Shown here in pieces: positions 1 to 10,663 of a stretch of DNA of 64,000 nt (positions within the stretch are counted from its first letter, which is position 1; each line of letters starts with the position of its first letter). Origin of the DNA: Spirochaetia bacterium (GTDB lineage Bacteria > Spirochaetota > Spirochaetia > UBA9216); contig OY776510.1 in assembly GCA_963675665.1 (NCBI GenBank), positions 2,336,001-2,400,000 on the forward strand. The letters run 5' to 3'. The position numbers and the translations under genes are program-made. Below the pieces are notes generated by a model. The model was not told where the DNA came from. It was given only the letters and a program-made list of their open reading frames with translations, and made no database searches.

Positions 1-243
1 AACCTGGACCAGATCCTTCGTGCAGGAAGTATAGAGAAGCTGTATTTGACGGGAGTGGCTACAAACTTTGTTGTGGAAAGTACAGCCAGATATGGCGCGG
101 AACTTAACTATGAAATTCACATATTAAAGGACTGTTGTGCTTCGTGGACTGCTGAAATGCATGATTTTGCAATTATAAACACGCTTCCGCAATTCGGAAT
201 TGTGGAGAGCTTACTTGATTTTTATAACTATTTGAAATTCTGA
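1..243 (+). CDS. Isochorismatase/cysteine hydrolase family protein (5'-truncated by window edge)
   Basis: Frame open from base 1: NLDQILRAGSIEKLYLTGVATNFVVESTARYGAELNYEIHILKDCCAS matches the isochorismatase C-terminal motif (G-x-x-T-x-x-x-V-E-S-T-A-R...D-x-C-A-S). Confidence 0.8.
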   Translation, partial: NLDQILRAGSIEKLYLTGVATNFVVESTARYGAELNYEIHILKDCCASWTAEMHDFAIINTLPQFGIVESLLDFYNYLKF

Positions 244-336
244 AAGTGTTTTATGCTATACAAATTAATTACATGCAGGAGAGATGAAACTGTCAAAATA
301 TTACACAAACGATAATTTATCGGATATAATACTTCA

Positions 337-1368
337 ATGGAAATAGGATTCAGATGGTACGGCCCAAGTGATTCAATACCTTTAAAGTATATTCACCAGA
401 TTCCCGGTATTGACTGTATAGTAGGCAGTTTTTTCAGTACGCCTCCTGACGAGCTGATTCCCGAGCAGAATATACAAAACCTGAAGATGCATATAGAAGA
501 ATACGGTTTTAAATTCGACAGTGTAGAAAGCCTTCCTGTACATGAGAGTATAAAGTTAGGCCAACATGAACGAGATGAATATATTGATATCTGGTGCGAG
601 AATCTCAGGCAATTTGCTGAAGCCGGTATAGAAACAGTATGTTATAATTTTATGCTGGCGTTTGACTGGCTTCGTACTGACCTTTATTTAAGGCTTGCCG
701 ATGATTCCATATCAAATGGTTACAACCACAATGATCTTGGTAAAATTGATATCTATACAGGTCTTCCGGACTGGAGCCAGACTTATATGCCGTCTGAGAT
801 TGACGAGGTTTTTAAAGTAAGCCGTAAGGTAACGCTTGATCAGTTCTGGAAGAATTTTGAATATTTTCTGAAAGCGGTTGTTCCTGTAGCGGAGCAGCTG
901 GGAATTAAACTTGCGCTTCATCCTGATGATCCTCCATGGGATGCCATGGGAATTGTTCGCCCGCTGGGAACCAGGGAAGGTCTTGAAAGGTGTATTAATA
1001 TAATAAAAAGTCCAAGCAACGGGATAGCATTCTGCACCGGAACTCTTGCCGCCCGAGAAGATAATGATGTATATCAGATGCTTGAAGATTTCTGTAAAAA
1101 AGGCTGGGTAAACTACCTGCATTTACGGAATATTCTTGTGACTGGTGAAAAAGAATTTCATGAGACAGCCCATAACAGCGAGTATGGAGATCTTGATATG
1201 TATCTGCTGTTAAAAAGTGTTTATGACAACAGGTATGAAGGTGTCATGAGAGTCGATCATGCCCGCAGCATCTGGGATGAAGATCGAAAACCCGGTTACG
1301 GTCTTTATGATAGAGCGCTTGGTGTCAGTTATGTTGTCGGTATCCTTGAAGCTTTAACAAAAAGCTGA
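337..1368 (+). CDS. uxuA: Mannonate dehydratase
   Basis: GFRWYG start, VESLPVHESIKLG, VCYNFM, LALHPDDPP, HLRN, RVDH, PGYGLYDRALG motifs. Confidence 0.92.
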   Translation: MEIGFRWYGPSDSIPLKYIHQIPGIDCIVGSFFSTPPDELIPEQNIQNLKMHIEEYGFKFDSVESLPVHESIKLGQHERDEYIDIWCENLRQFAEAGIETVCYNFMLAFDWLRTDLYLRLADDSISNGYNHNDLGKIDIYTGLPDWSQTYMPSEIDEVFKVSRKVTLDQFWKNFEYFLKAVVPVAEQLGIKLALHPDDPPWDAMGIVRPLGTREGLERCINIIKSPSNGIAFCTGTLAAREDNDVYQMLEDFCKKGWVNYLHLRNILVTGEKEFHETAHNSEYGDLDMYLLLKSVYDNRYEGVMRVDHARSIWDEDRKPGYGLYDRALGVSYVVGILEALTKS

Positions 1369-1480
1369 TTTTTCCTGATATTCTATTCATATAAAGCAAC
1401 TCTGCAGTTTAAGCTTATCTTTTTCCGTCTACCCAATAAAAAAATATATTTCTAATCTGTGGGTAATATTAACAATAAAA

Positions 1481-1522
1481 AAGAAAATATTTTCTTGACA
1501 ATCCTTAAAATTATGCTAAGCT
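1481..1522 (+). promoter_or_regulatory. Sigma70-type promoter with an overlapping palindromic operator for the SDR/ABC operon
   Basis: TTGACA at 1495-1500; extended -10 TGcTAAGCT at 1514-1522; perfect 16-bp palindrome AAGAAAATATTTTCTT at 1481-1496 overlapping the -35. Confidence 0.55.
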
Positions 1523-1629
1523 GTTAAAAAGAAAGAAATTTTTTCCAATATCATAATATATGCTTTTAATAGCAAAATATTTTTATATTTAGGTTGATAT
1601 TAGAAGAAATTTTATTCAAATCATGAGAG

Positions 1630-2403
1630 GTGAATGTGAAGAAATTTTCCGGAAAAACTGCGGTAGTTACCGGGGGCGGCCAGGGGATTGGCGCGGAGAT
1701 CGCAATTGAGCTGGCTTCTCAGGGGGCTTCTATAGCATTGGCAAACAGAAAGCCGGAGGGGATGGCAAAAGTAAAAGAGAAAATAATCAATGCCGGAGGA
1801 TGCTGTATAGCAGTACCAACAGATATAACCGTAAAAAAGGATATCCAGAACCTGTTTCAGATAGTAATGAAAGAGTTCGGGCGGGTAGATGTTCTGGTTA
1901 ATAATGCAGGCACAATAAGACCTGCACTTTTTTCAAAAATGGATGAAGAAGATTGGGATTTTATTCAACGTGTTGATCTGAAAGGACTTGTATTCTGTAC
2001 GCAGGCTGCGGCGGCAATTATGAAAAAGCAAAAGTATGGAAAGATTGTTAATATTTCCTCAATGTCTGCAGACGGTGTGTATATGCCTGGTTTTGCAAGT
2101 TATTCAGCTGCAAAAGCTGCAGTGAATAATTTTACAAAAACTTCAGCCAGGGAGTTAGGTGAATGGAATATAAATGTAAATGCGGTAGCGCCGGGAGAGA
2201 TCCTTACAGATCTTACATACCAGGATCAAACTGAAGAAGAGGTTAAGCTGAAACTGGAAAGATCAACAAATATGACAATGTTGAAGCGACTGGGACAAAC
2301 AAAGGATGTAGCAAAGGCTGTATGCTTTTTTGCTTCTGATGAATCATCTTTTATTACCGGAACCATACTATCTGTGGACGGCGGCAGAATTGACAGGATG
2401 TAA
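1630..2403 (+). CDS. SDR family NAD(P)-dependent oxidoreductase (FabG-like)
   Basis: TGGGQGIG, VNNAG, YSAAK, NVNAVAPG motifs. Confidence 0.92.
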   Translation: MNVKKFSGKTAVVTGGGQGIGAEIAIELASQGASIALANRKPEGMAKVKEKIINAGGCCIAVPTDITVKKDIQNLFQIVMKEFGRVDVLVNNAGTIRPALFSKMDEEDWDFIQRVDLKGLVFCTQAAAAIMKKQKYGKIVNISSMSADGVYMPGFASYSAAKAAVNNFTKTSARELGEWNINVNAVAPGEILTDLTYQDQTEEEVKLKLERSTNMTMLKRLGQTKDVAKAVCFFASDESSFITGTILSVDGGRIDRM

Positions 2404-2412
2404 CAAATTGAT

Positions 2413-3921
2413 ATGAGTATGAAAGAAGATTTGATTGTTCAGACAAAATCTATTACCAAGGTTTTTCCTGGTGTTGTAGCATTAAAATCAGTAGATTTTA
2501 AATGCCGCAGGGGTGAGATTCATGCTCTGCTTGGTGAAAATGGTGCAGGAAAGTCCACGCTGATAAAAATTCTAAGCGGAGTATATGTTCAGGAGAAAGG
2601 AGAAATTCTTTTAGAGAATGAATTGATGAGTTTCAAATCACCGCATGACGCCCAGGTGAAAGGTATCGGTGTTATTCATCAGGAACTCATTCTTGTGCCT
2701 TATATGAGTGTGGCGGAAAATATTTTCCTCGGGCAGGAACAGCGTAATAAGTATCGTTTTATAAATACGGCCCGTATGAATGAAAAAGCCCGGGAAATTC
2801 TTTCTTCGATAGGTTCGAATTTAAATCCGTCCGATATTGTAGCCGGTCTTGATTCCACCAATCAGAAGCTGGTGCAGATAGCGAAATCGCTTGTTAAGGA
2901 ACCCAGGATATTAATTGTCGACGAACCGACTGCTCCGCTCGGCGCCAAAGAAGTTGCAGATTTCTTTGCGGCATTAAGAAGGCTGAAAGCCAAAGGTACC
3001 ACAATTATCTATATTTCTCATCACCTTGAGGAGATCTTCGAAATTGCCGACCGGCTTACAGTTTTGAAGGATGGACAGAATGTCACTACAGTCGATGTAG
3101 CTGATACAAACATTGATGAAGTTATCAGATTTATGATAGGTCGTGAGTTAGGTGATTTGTTTCCGGAGAAAACAGCGGAAAAACGAATTGGTACGACAAT
3201 TCTTGAAGTGAAGAAGCTTAACCGGGGAAATGTACTGTTCGATATAGATTTCAACTTAAAAAGCGGAGAGATTCTCGGAATTGCCGGACTTGAGGGAAAT
3301 GGTCAGGATACGCTTCTCAGAGCGGTTTGCGGCTGCTTTGCCAAAGACAGCGGGGAAATATATATTGAGGGAACTAAAATTGATATATCCGATCCGACGG
3401 ATGCTATTAAAGCCGGAATAGTTCTTGTTACCGACAAGCGGCACGATGAAGGGCTGTGCCTGCAGTTGAGTGTTGCGGACAACCTTGTGCTTTCAACGCT
3501 TGGAAAGCGTCAGACTGCGGGCGTTATAGACCGTAAAAAGGAAAGAGCTCTTGTAGATAAGAATATTGGTGAGTTTAGTATAAAAACTCCTTCAGGTGAT
3601 AGACAGGCTAAATTCCTTTCCGGCGGGAATCAGCAGAAGATTGTAATAGGAAAATGGCTGAATAATGATCCAAAGATTATTTTTATGATGGAACCGACGC
3701 TCGGTGTTGATGTTGGTGCAAAAGCCGAGATTTATCAGTTTGCCAGGAAACTTGCTGATTCTGAAGGAAAAGGTGTTGTTATGGTAACGAGCGATATGCT
3801 CGAACTTCTCGGTTTATGTGATCGAATTCTTGTAATGCATAAAGGCCGGCTGGTTAAAGAGCTCAGTCGTGATGAAGCAACCGAAGAAAAGATCCTGAAA
3901 GCAGCAGTAGGGGTGAACTGA
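2413..3921 (+). CDS. Sugar ABC transporter ATP-binding protein (CUT2, two NBDs)
   Basis: GENGAGKS Walker A, IVDEPT, LSGGNQQK. Confidence 0.95.
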   Translation: MSMKEDLIVQTKSITKVFPGVVALKSVDFKCRRGEIHALLGENGAGKSTLIKILSGVYVQEKGEILLENELMSFKSPHDAQVKGIGVIHQELILVPYMSVAENIFLGQEQRNKYRFINTARMNEKAREILSSIGSNLNPSDIVAGLDSTNQKLVQIAKSLVKEPRILIVDEPTAPLGAKEVADFFAALRRLKAKGTTIIYISHHLEEIFEIADRLTVLKDGQNVTTVDVADTNIDEVIRFMIGRELGDLFPEKTAEKRIGTTILEVKKLNRGNVLFDIDFNLKSGEILGIAGLEGNGQDTLLRAVCGCFAKDSGEIYIEGTKIDISDPTDAIKAGIVLVTDKRHDEGLCLQLSVADNLVLSTLGKRQTAGVIDRKKERALVDKNIGEFSIKTPSGDRQAKFLSGGNQQKIVIGKWLNNDPKIIFMMEPTLGVDVGAKAEIYQFARKLADSEGKGVVMVTSDMLELLGLCDRILVMHKGRLVKELSRDEATEEKILKAAVGVN

Positions 3922-4902
3922 ATGCAGATTACCAAGTTACTTAAAAGAAAATCCGGAAACTCAAAATCCCAATTACAAACCTATATAGGTATAACTGTTC
4001 TTATAATTTTAATATTTTTTCTTGTACCGGGCTTTAGAGGGGCCGAGAATATTTCAAACCTGATTTGCCGTTCAGTTCCGCTTCTGTCTGTTGCAATAGG
4101 GCAGACTCTGGTCTTGCTTACGGCCGGCATCGATTTATCAGTAAGTTCAATGCTGGCGCTTTCAACTGCGCTTGCCTCAACGTTTATGCAATACGGCATA
4201 GGTTTCGGAGCGGGCATTGCGGTCATAGCGGGGCTTTTGGCGGGCCTGGTTAACGGTCTTGCTGTTACCAAGCTGAAGATAAATCCGTTTCTTGTTACGC
4301 TTAGTACAAATATTATAATCGGCGGTATTTGTCTCTTTATAAGACCCTACCCGGGCGGGTATATTCCAATTGAGTGGGTGAATTTCATCACCTTCAAAGT
4401 CGGACCTGTTCCCTCAACAGCTATTATTATCTTCATGCTTATAGTCGGCGTAAGTATCATCCTTTTAAAGAAAACCGTTTTCGGCAGGCATCTCTATGCA
4501 GTAGGGGGCAATTTTGATGCTGCCAGACTTGCAGGTATAAATGCAGACAGGGTTATGATTACGGCCTATATACTGAGCGGCTTTTTTTCAGCTCTTGGCG
4601 GATTATACATGGCGGCAAGGATGAGCTGTGGAGACCCCAATGTGGGTAATCCGTTTCAAATGGAATCAATAACAGCTGCTGTCATAGGCGGAACTGCTCT
4701 TACAGGGGGGAAAGGCGGTACTGTCGGAACTGTTCTTGGGGTAATCCTTGTTGTTATGCTTGGAAATATTTTCAATTTGCTCAATTTCAATATTTACTGG
4801 CAGCAGATAATCAGGGGAATTATTCTACTGATAGTAGTCGGTTATTCAGAATACCGGTTGACGGTAAAAGAAGAATTAAAATTAAAAAAGATGATCAATT
4901 AA
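3922..4902 (+). CDS. Sugar ABC transporter permease (RbsC-like)
   Basis: GIDLSV, FGRHLYAVGGNFDAARLAGI, AAVIGGT motifs; hydrophobic. Confidence 0.93.
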   Translation: MQITKLLKRKSGNSKSQLQTYIGITVLIILIFFLVPGFRGAENISNLICRSVPLLSVAIGQTLVLLTAGIDLSVSSMLALSTALASTFMQYGIGFGAGIAVIAGLLAGLVNGLAVTKLKINPFLVTLSTNIIIGGICLFIRPYPGGYIPIEWVNFITFKVGPVPSTAIIIFMLIVGVSIILLKKTVFGRHLYAVGGNFDAARLAGINADRVMITAYILSGFFSALGGLYMAARMSCGDPNVGNPFQMESITAAVIGGTALTGGKGGTVGTVLGVILVVMLGNIFNLLNFNIYWQQIIRGIILLIVVGYSEYRLTVKEELKLKKMIN

Positions 4903-4960
4903 TCTCAACAAAGTATATAGAGAATTCTATATAACATAAATTTCTGATAAGGAGTATTGA

Positions 4961-6097
4961 ATGAAAAAGATTGGTTCAGCAATGGTTTTGTTGGTCGTAG
5001 GAATGCTGCTTGTATTCAGCAGCTGCAGTCAGAGTTCTGCCGGTAGTGAGAAATCTGCAAGTGAACCTGTTGTACAGGAGAAAGCAGTAGAAGCTGCACG
5101 TGAAGGCGCTGAGCTGGAATTCAGTGATATGGGTCGGTACAAAAAGCAGCCGGGTTACAAGATAGGTTATTCTTTTCACGGCGGCGGGATTTCGTTTGAT
5201 ATCCAGAGTATCAATGCTTTTAAGTGGGTGGCGGAAGAAAAATTCGGAAATGTAATTGATGAGTTGTATGTAACGGAAGCCCAATTCGACGTTGCAAAAC
5301 AGATCTCTGATGTTGAAGATCTGATTGCAAAAGGAATCGACGGACTCGTTATCTCGCCGACCTCACCTTCTGCGGTTATTCCGGTTATTGATAAACTCTA
5401 TGATATGGGTATACCTGTAGTTATCGTTCTGGGTGAGTATGACGGAAGCAAATATACAGCATACAGGGCAACCGATGCACAGGCTTTCGGCCGTATGGGT
5501 GCGGAATGGATTGTTGAAAAACTGAAAGAAAAGAACGGTTCGGCAAAGGGTAATGTTATTGCTCTCCGCGGTGTTGCAGGCGCAGCAGCAGATGTCGGTC
5601 GTTGGGAACGCGGGGCAAAGCCGGTACTTGATCAGTATCCTGATATTAAAATCGTAGGTGATGCTGAAGGTAAATGGGCATATGACGAAGGTCGAAGAGT
5701 TTCTGAAAGCCTTCTTACTGCAAACCCCGATGTAGATGCAATCTGGAGCTGTGGCGGACAGATGTCGCTTGCTGCAGCAGAGGTGTGTGATGAAAAAGGC
5801 CTTGAAGGCATTTTTATTACAGGTGAAGACTATAACGGTTTTTATAAATACTGGGTTAAGAATAAGAGTAAGGGCTTTTCAAGTATTTCTCCGACATATC
5901 CTTCATGGATAGCAACCGAAGGTCTTAATACTCTGGTATCTGTATTGATGGGCGAATCTGTTGTTAAAACAATTCTATATCCGCCTCCAACGGTAACCGA
6001 CGATACAGTAGAGAATTATGTGATTCCTAGTTTGCCTGACAGTATCTGGGTCTCTACATCAGTGCCTCATGAAATTCTTGAGGAATGGTATAAATAA
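4961..6097 (+). CDS. Sugar ABC transporter substrate-binding lipoprotein (PBP type 1)
   Basis: Signal peptide ending FSSC; KQISDVEDLIAKGIDGLVISP and ANPDVDAIW motifs; operon context. Confidence 0.9.
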   Translation: MKKIGSAMVLLVVGMLLVFSSCSQSSAGSEKSASEPVVQEKAVEAAREGAELEFSDMGRYKKQPGYKIGYSFHGGGISFDIQSINAFKWVAEEKFGNVIDELYVTEAQFDVAKQISDVEDLIAKGIDGLVISPTSPSAVIPVIDKLYDMGIPVVIVLGEYDGSKYTAYRATDAQAFGRMGAEWIVEKLKEKNGSAKGNVIALRGVAGAAADVGRWERGAKPVLDQYPDIKIVGDAEGKWAYDEGRRVSESLLTANPDVDAIWSCGGQMSLAAAEVCDEKGLEGIFITGEDYNGFYKYWVKNKSKGFSSISPTYPSWIATEGLNTLVSVLMGESVVKTILYPPPTVTDDTVENYVIPSLPDSIWVSTSVPHEILEEWYK

Positions 6098-6105
6098 ATA
6101 ATTTA

Positions 6106-6143
6106 TCAGCCGGAGCTGAAATACTACTTCGGTTTCGGCTGAT
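6106..6143 (+). terminator. Intercistronic stem-loop after the SBP gene (mRNA stabiliser or partial terminator)
   Basis: ATCAGCCGGAGCTGAA...TTCGGTTTCGGCTGAT inverted repeat with G-U pairs. Confidence 0.5.
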
Positions 6144-6168
6144 TATAAATTGAGTGAGAAGGACAGGT

Positions 6169-7140
6169 ATGAATACAACAGCAGTAAACACAGAAGCATC
6201 AGGAAGAATAAAAGAGTTTCTTTCGAATCGTACAACAATAGTCTTTATAGCGCTACTTGTAATAGTTTTTATAGCCGGTATATTGATGCCTGTATCTGTC
6301 AGCGGGAGTAATATTAAGAATGTTCTCAGAGAAGCCTCAATTCTCGGAATAGTTGCAATAGGGCAGGGCATTGTGATGCTTAGCGGCGGAATGGATATTT
6401 CAGTCGGCAATATAATGTTCATGGTTATTATTTACGGTGGGAAGTTTATGGAATCGTCGGGAGAACGGTTTTTACCGGTGGCCCTGTTTTGTCTTGCAGC
6501 AGGCGCAGCAATCGGTTTTATAAACGGAATTGGAGTTTCGAAATTTAAAATATCACCGATAATAATGACCCTGGGAACAAGTTCAATTCTATATGGCGCA
6601 ATCTACATTCTCGGAGGCAGCATGATGAGTCAGGCCGCTCCGGAGATTTTACAGAGAATCGGTAAAAATATTCTTTTTAATATAATACCTGTAACGGGAC
6701 TTATCTGGCTTGTTATTGCAGCTGCGGCAATTTTTCTTCTTTTTAGAACGACATTTGGGAGAAAAGTTTATGCAACTGGAAATAACTTTCAGGCTGCGTG
6801 GTTTGCCGGAATAAAGCCGGTGCGTATTCAGGTCGCATCATATATTATCTGCGATCTACTTGCTGCGCTTGCCGGTCTATTACTTCTAGGGTATCTGGGA
6901 ACTCCTACTCTCAGATTTACGGATATCTATACAATGGGATCTATATCCGCCGTAGTTATTGGCGGCATAGAATTCTTTGCCGGTATCGGAAGCATTGTTG
7001 GTACAATTGCCGGTACTTTGATTGTAAGATTTCTTTTTAATGTTTTGGTTATGATGAATGTTCCTGCTGCAGGACGAATGATTGTGGAGGGAGTAATGAT
7101 CCTGGCTATTGTTTCATTTTACAATTTCAGATCCAAATAA
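6169..7140 (+). CDS. Sugar ABC transporter permease
   Basis: GGMDISVG, FGRKVYATGNN, AVVIGG; ATG at 6169 preferred over GTG at 6154. Confidence 0.92.
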   Translation: MNTTAVNTEASGRIKEFLSNRTTIVFIALLVIVFIAGILMPVSVSGSNIKNVLREASILGIVAIGQGIVMLSGGMDISVGNIMFMVIIYGGKFMESSGERFLPVALFCLAAGAAIGFINGIGVSKFKISPIIMTLGTSSILYGAIYILGGSMMSQAAPEILQRIGKNILFNIIPVTGLIWLVIAAAAIFLLFRTTFGRKVYATGNNFQAAWFAGIKPVRIQVASYIICDLLAALAGLLLLGYLGTPTLRFTDIYTMGSISAVVIGGIEFFAGIGSIVGTIAGTLIVRFLFNVLVMMNVPAAGRMIVEGVMILAIVSFYNFRSK

Positions 7141-7150
7141 GGTACAACTG

Positions 7151-7936
7151 ATGGTGCTTAAAGATAAAACAAGTGTGATCACCGGAGGGACTTCGGGTAT
7201 TGGAAAAGCAACAGTCTTACGATTTGTTGAAGAAGGCGCTAAAGTAGTTTTTAACGGCAGACGTAAAGATAAGGGGCTTGAATTAGTAAAGGAAATTGAA
7301 GATTTAAATTATTCGGGACAAGTACGGTTTTTTCAGTGTGATGTCAGCATTGAAGAGGAGATTTGTGAATTAGCAAAATATGTAAAAAGCGAATTCGGAA
7401 ACTGTGAGGTTTTATTCAACAATGCAGGTATTCACCAGGCAGGCAGGTTGCATGAAACCAAACCCGAAGACTGGGATAAAATAATAAATATTGATGTACG
7501 TGGCGTTTATCTTTGTTCTTATTACTTTATTCCGCAGATGCTTGAAGAAAAATACGGCACAATAATTAATATGTCTTCTGTTTCCGGGTTATTGGGCGAC
7601 TCACATATGGTTGCGTATAATACTGCAAAAGGAGCAATCACCAATATGACCCGGTGTATGGCTATCGACTATGCAGCCGATGGTATCAGGGTAAACGCTG
7701 TATGCCCCGGAATTATTAGAAGTGAAATTGTTGAAAATACGTTTAAATCAATTCCGGACTCTGAAGAAAAGTTCAAAGCAGCATATCCGGTGCACTACAT
7801 TGCAGAAGCTGTAGAAGTTGCCAATACCGTGGTGTTTCTTGCCTCCAGAAAGTCCGATTTTATTAACGGTGTCAATCTGCCGATAGACGGCGGTATAACC
7901 GCACATACCGGGCAGCCATATATGGGAACTTACTAG
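7151..7936 (+). CDS. SDR family oxidoreductase
   Basis: TGGTSGIG, FNNAG, YNTAK, IRVNAVCPG; ATG at 7151 follows the permease stop. Confidence 0.92.
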   Translation: MVLKDKTSVITGGTSGIGKATVLRFVEEGAKVVFNGRRKDKGLELVKEIEDLNYSGQVRFFQCDVSIEEEICELAKYVKSEFGNCEVLFNNAGIHQAGRLHETKPEDWDKIINIDVRGVYLCSYYFIPQMLEEKYGTIINMSSVSGLLGDSHMVAYNTAKGAITNMTRCMAIDYAADGIRVNAVCPGIIRSEIVENTFKSIPDSEEKFKAAYPVHYIAEAVEVANTVVFLASRKSDFINGVNLPIDGGITAHTGQPYMGTY

Positions 7937-8082
7937 TTTCCGGTATTAAATGAGATGATTTGAATATGAATATTAGAGTGTTTTTATAATTCCCCAAATT
8001 AAAAGTATGCTTAAGAATTAAATGATTTCCTCATTCTAAAAAAATGTAAAAGTATGTTGATCCAAGTAAAACAGGAGAAAAA

Positions 8083-9612
8083 ATGAATGATGAAAGTATA
8101 AATACCTCCAAGGGTAAAACAGTATTATTGAATAATATCAGCAAACATTTTGGCGGTATTTATGCCTTAAAAGGCGTGAATTTTGATTTAACAAATGAGA
8201 TTCATTCGATTGTAGGTCACAACGGTGCCGGTAAGTCTACTTTGGTAAAGATCCTGATGGGTGCGGAACAGCCTGACGAAGGTACTATTTTCAAGAATGG
8301 AAAAGAAGTTTCATTCTCTTCTCCAAGAGAAGCGCAGGAAAGCGGAATTGCCATGGTTTGGCAAGAGCTGGCTAATTTTCCGAATTTGACTATTACCGAG
8401 AATCTTTTAATGCATCGATTCAAATACGATAAATTTAATAAAATTGACTGGAAGGCCAGTCATGAAACGGCTGAAACTTATCTGAAACGTATTAATATCA
8501 ATATTAGTCCGACCATGATTATGGGGAAACTGACTCTGGCCCAACAGCAGCTAATAGAGTTTGCAAAGGCGTTATCATATAATCCTAAAATTCTGATTCT
8601 TGATGAACCTACTTCGGCATTATCCGTTACCGAACAGCAAATTGTATATGAGAAAGTAAATATGATTAAATCGCAGAATGTTTCTGTTGTATTTATATCA
8701 CATAAACTTGATGAGATTCTTTCGCTTTCAGATCGAATTACGGTTTTACGAGACGGCAGAAAAATTTTTACAAAAAACATACGAGAGTTGGATAAACAGC
8801 AGATAATTGACGCTATAGTCGGGACTGATAAAAAATCAAACACAAATAACATTCTAAAACCTTTCCAAAAAATCAGCTTAAAGACCAGAAAAGAACCCGT
8901 TTTGAAAATAAAGAATTTGAATTTAAAACGCAGGCTTAATGATGTCTCGTTTAATCTCTATCCCGGTGAAGTATTGGGATTTTCAGGAGTCTCAGGCTCG
9001 GGAATATCTGATATCGGTAAAATCCTGTACGGTATTGAACAGGAGTATTCAGGAACAGTTATATTTAACGGAAATGAATACCTTCCCGCATCTCCCGGCA
9101 GAGCAGTTGAAGCCGGATTCGGTTATGTTCCCAAAAACAGAAAGGATGAAGGCATCATTCCCCAGATGACAGTCGGAGATAATATTGTTTTATCAGCACT
9201 CAGAAATATTTCGATTTGCGGTTTTGTCAACAGGAAAAGGCGAAATGAAATTATCAATGGTGTTATGGACATGATTGATTTAATACCAAGAGAGCCGGAA
9301 CTGCGTATTGATAAACTGAGCGGCGGCAACCAGCAGAAAGGCGTAATAGCGCGATGGATTAGCAAAGACTCCAGGGTGCTGATATTCGATGAGCCCACAA
9401 GAGGTGTTGATGTGGGAGCCATTGCAAAAATTTATTCTTTAATTCGGCAAATGGCAGAGAAGGGTTTAAGTGTAATCGTGATATCCAGTGAGTTTGAAGA
9501 AATTCATGATATTGCAGATCGTATAGTTGTGCTTAACAGGGGAAGGGTCGCCGGCGAGATTGATCCTTGCAAGCAGAGATGGGAAGACGCATTTGCACTT
9601 GCAATAAAGTAA
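8083..9612 (+). CDS. Sugar ABC transporter ATP-binding protein (CUT2)
   Basis: GHNGAGKS, ILDEPT, LSGGNQQK, IFDEPTRGVDVGA. Confidence 0.95.
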   Translation: MNDESINTSKGKTVLLNNISKHFGGIYALKGVNFDLTNEIHSIVGHNGAGKSTLVKILMGAEQPDEGTIFKNGKEVSFSSPREAQESGIAMVWQELANFPNLTITENLLMHRFKYDKFNKIDWKASHETAETYLKRININISPTMIMGKLTLAQQQLIEFAKALSYNPKILILDEPTSALSVTEQQIVYEKVNMIKSQNVSVVFISHKLDEILSLSDRITVLRDGRKIFTKNIRELDKQQIIDAIVGTDKKSNTNNILKPFQKISLKTRKEPVLKIKNLNLKRRLNDVSFNLYPGEVLGFSGVSGSGISDIGKILYGIEQEYSGTVIFNGNEYLPASPGRAVEAGFGYVPKNRKDEGIIPQMTVGDNIVLSALRNISICGFVNRKRRNEIINGVMDMIDLIPREPELRIDKLSGGNQQKGVIARWISKDSRVLIFDEPTRGVDVGAIAKIYSLIRQMAEKGLSVIVISSEFEEIHDIADRIVVLNRGRVAGEIDPCKQRWEDAFALAIK

Positions 9613-9628
9613 GACATGGAGAAAGTTT

Positions 9629-10603
9629 ATGGAAATTCATGATTCAAGGTTTAAACAAGTTACGAAAGAATTAGCCAAAAACGGTGTGGTGATCATTTTT
9701 ATCAGTATTGTAATAATTATTGCATTACTTACAAACGGCAAAAGTATAAAAATGTCGAATATCCTGAATATATTGGTTCAGACAACTACTACCGGGCTTA
9801 TCTCTATTGGCATGACCCTGGTTATTATCGACAGAGGGATAGATCTGTCCGTAGGCGGAATTGCGGCGCTTTCAAGCGCTGTAGGGGCTATCTGCATGAA
9901 ACAACTGGGGTTTTCATGGGGTATCTGTATTTTGATTATGCTGTTGATAGGATTGGTATTTGGCTTGCTGAATGGCCTTGCTGTCGCGCTTCTCCGGATG
10001 CCGGCATTTATCTGTACAATGGCTATGCTGCAAATAACCAGAGGGAGCGCACATTTCCTGCTTGGCGGTACTACTGTATACGGACTTCCTGAGGAACATT
10101 CTGTTTTCGGGCAGGGGACATTACTCCATATTCCACTATCAATATGGATACTTGTGCTGTTTACTGTTTCCGGAGCGGTATTCTTGAAATACACGCGTTT
10201 CGGCCGTGAACTCTATGCAATGGGAGGAAATCCAAAGGCAGCCTGGATCGCCGGCATTAATGTAAATAAAAACAGGATAATGATTTATGTTATCTCAGGG
10301 TTTATGAGTGCTGTTGCCGCGCTGATTATTACATCAAGAATAATGTGTGCGCAGATAACAATTGGTGAGGGTATTGAACTTGATGCCATAGCCAGCGCTG
10401 TGATTGGAGGCGTCAGTATGGCCGGTGGTGAGGGCGGAGTGATTGGAACTGTCGTAGGTGCATTAATTATAGTAATGGTAAACAACGGTCTTAATCTTCT
10501 TGCAGTTTCGCCATACATCCAGACTGCAATTAAAGGCCTTGTGATATTTTCTGCGATAACAGCAGATTTATTACGGCGAAGAAAACAGCTTAAAAATTCA
10601 TAA
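9629..10603 (+). CDS. Sugar ABC transporter permease
   Basis: GIDLSVG, FGRELYAMGGN, ELDAIASAVIGGVS. Confidence 0.93.
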   Translation: MEIHDSRFKQVTKELAKNGVVIIFISIVIIIALLTNGKSIKMSNILNILVQTTTTGLISIGMTLVIIDRGIDLSVGGIAALSSAVGAICMKQLGFSWGICILIMLLIGLVFGLLNGLAVALLRMPAFICTMAMLQITRGSAHFLLGGTTVYGLPEEHSVFGQGTLLHIPLSIWILVLFTVSGAVFLKYTRFGRELYAMGGNPKAAWIAGINVNKNRIMIYVISGFMSAVAALIITSRIMCAQITIGEGIELDAIASAVIGGVSMAGGEGGVIGTVVGALIIVMVNNGLNLLAVSPYIQTAIKGLVIFSAITADLLRRRKQLKNS

Positions 10604-10663
10604 AAAGATTAATCATAAAAAACACAGCATATGGCTGTAAAAATTTTAAAAGAGGAGAGAATT

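Noticed and set aside
3676-3705. Degenerate Walker B (FMMEPT) in the second NBD of the first sugar ABC ATPase
   Set aside because: One site of CUT2 tandem ATPases is normally degenerate; not evidence of pseudogenisation.
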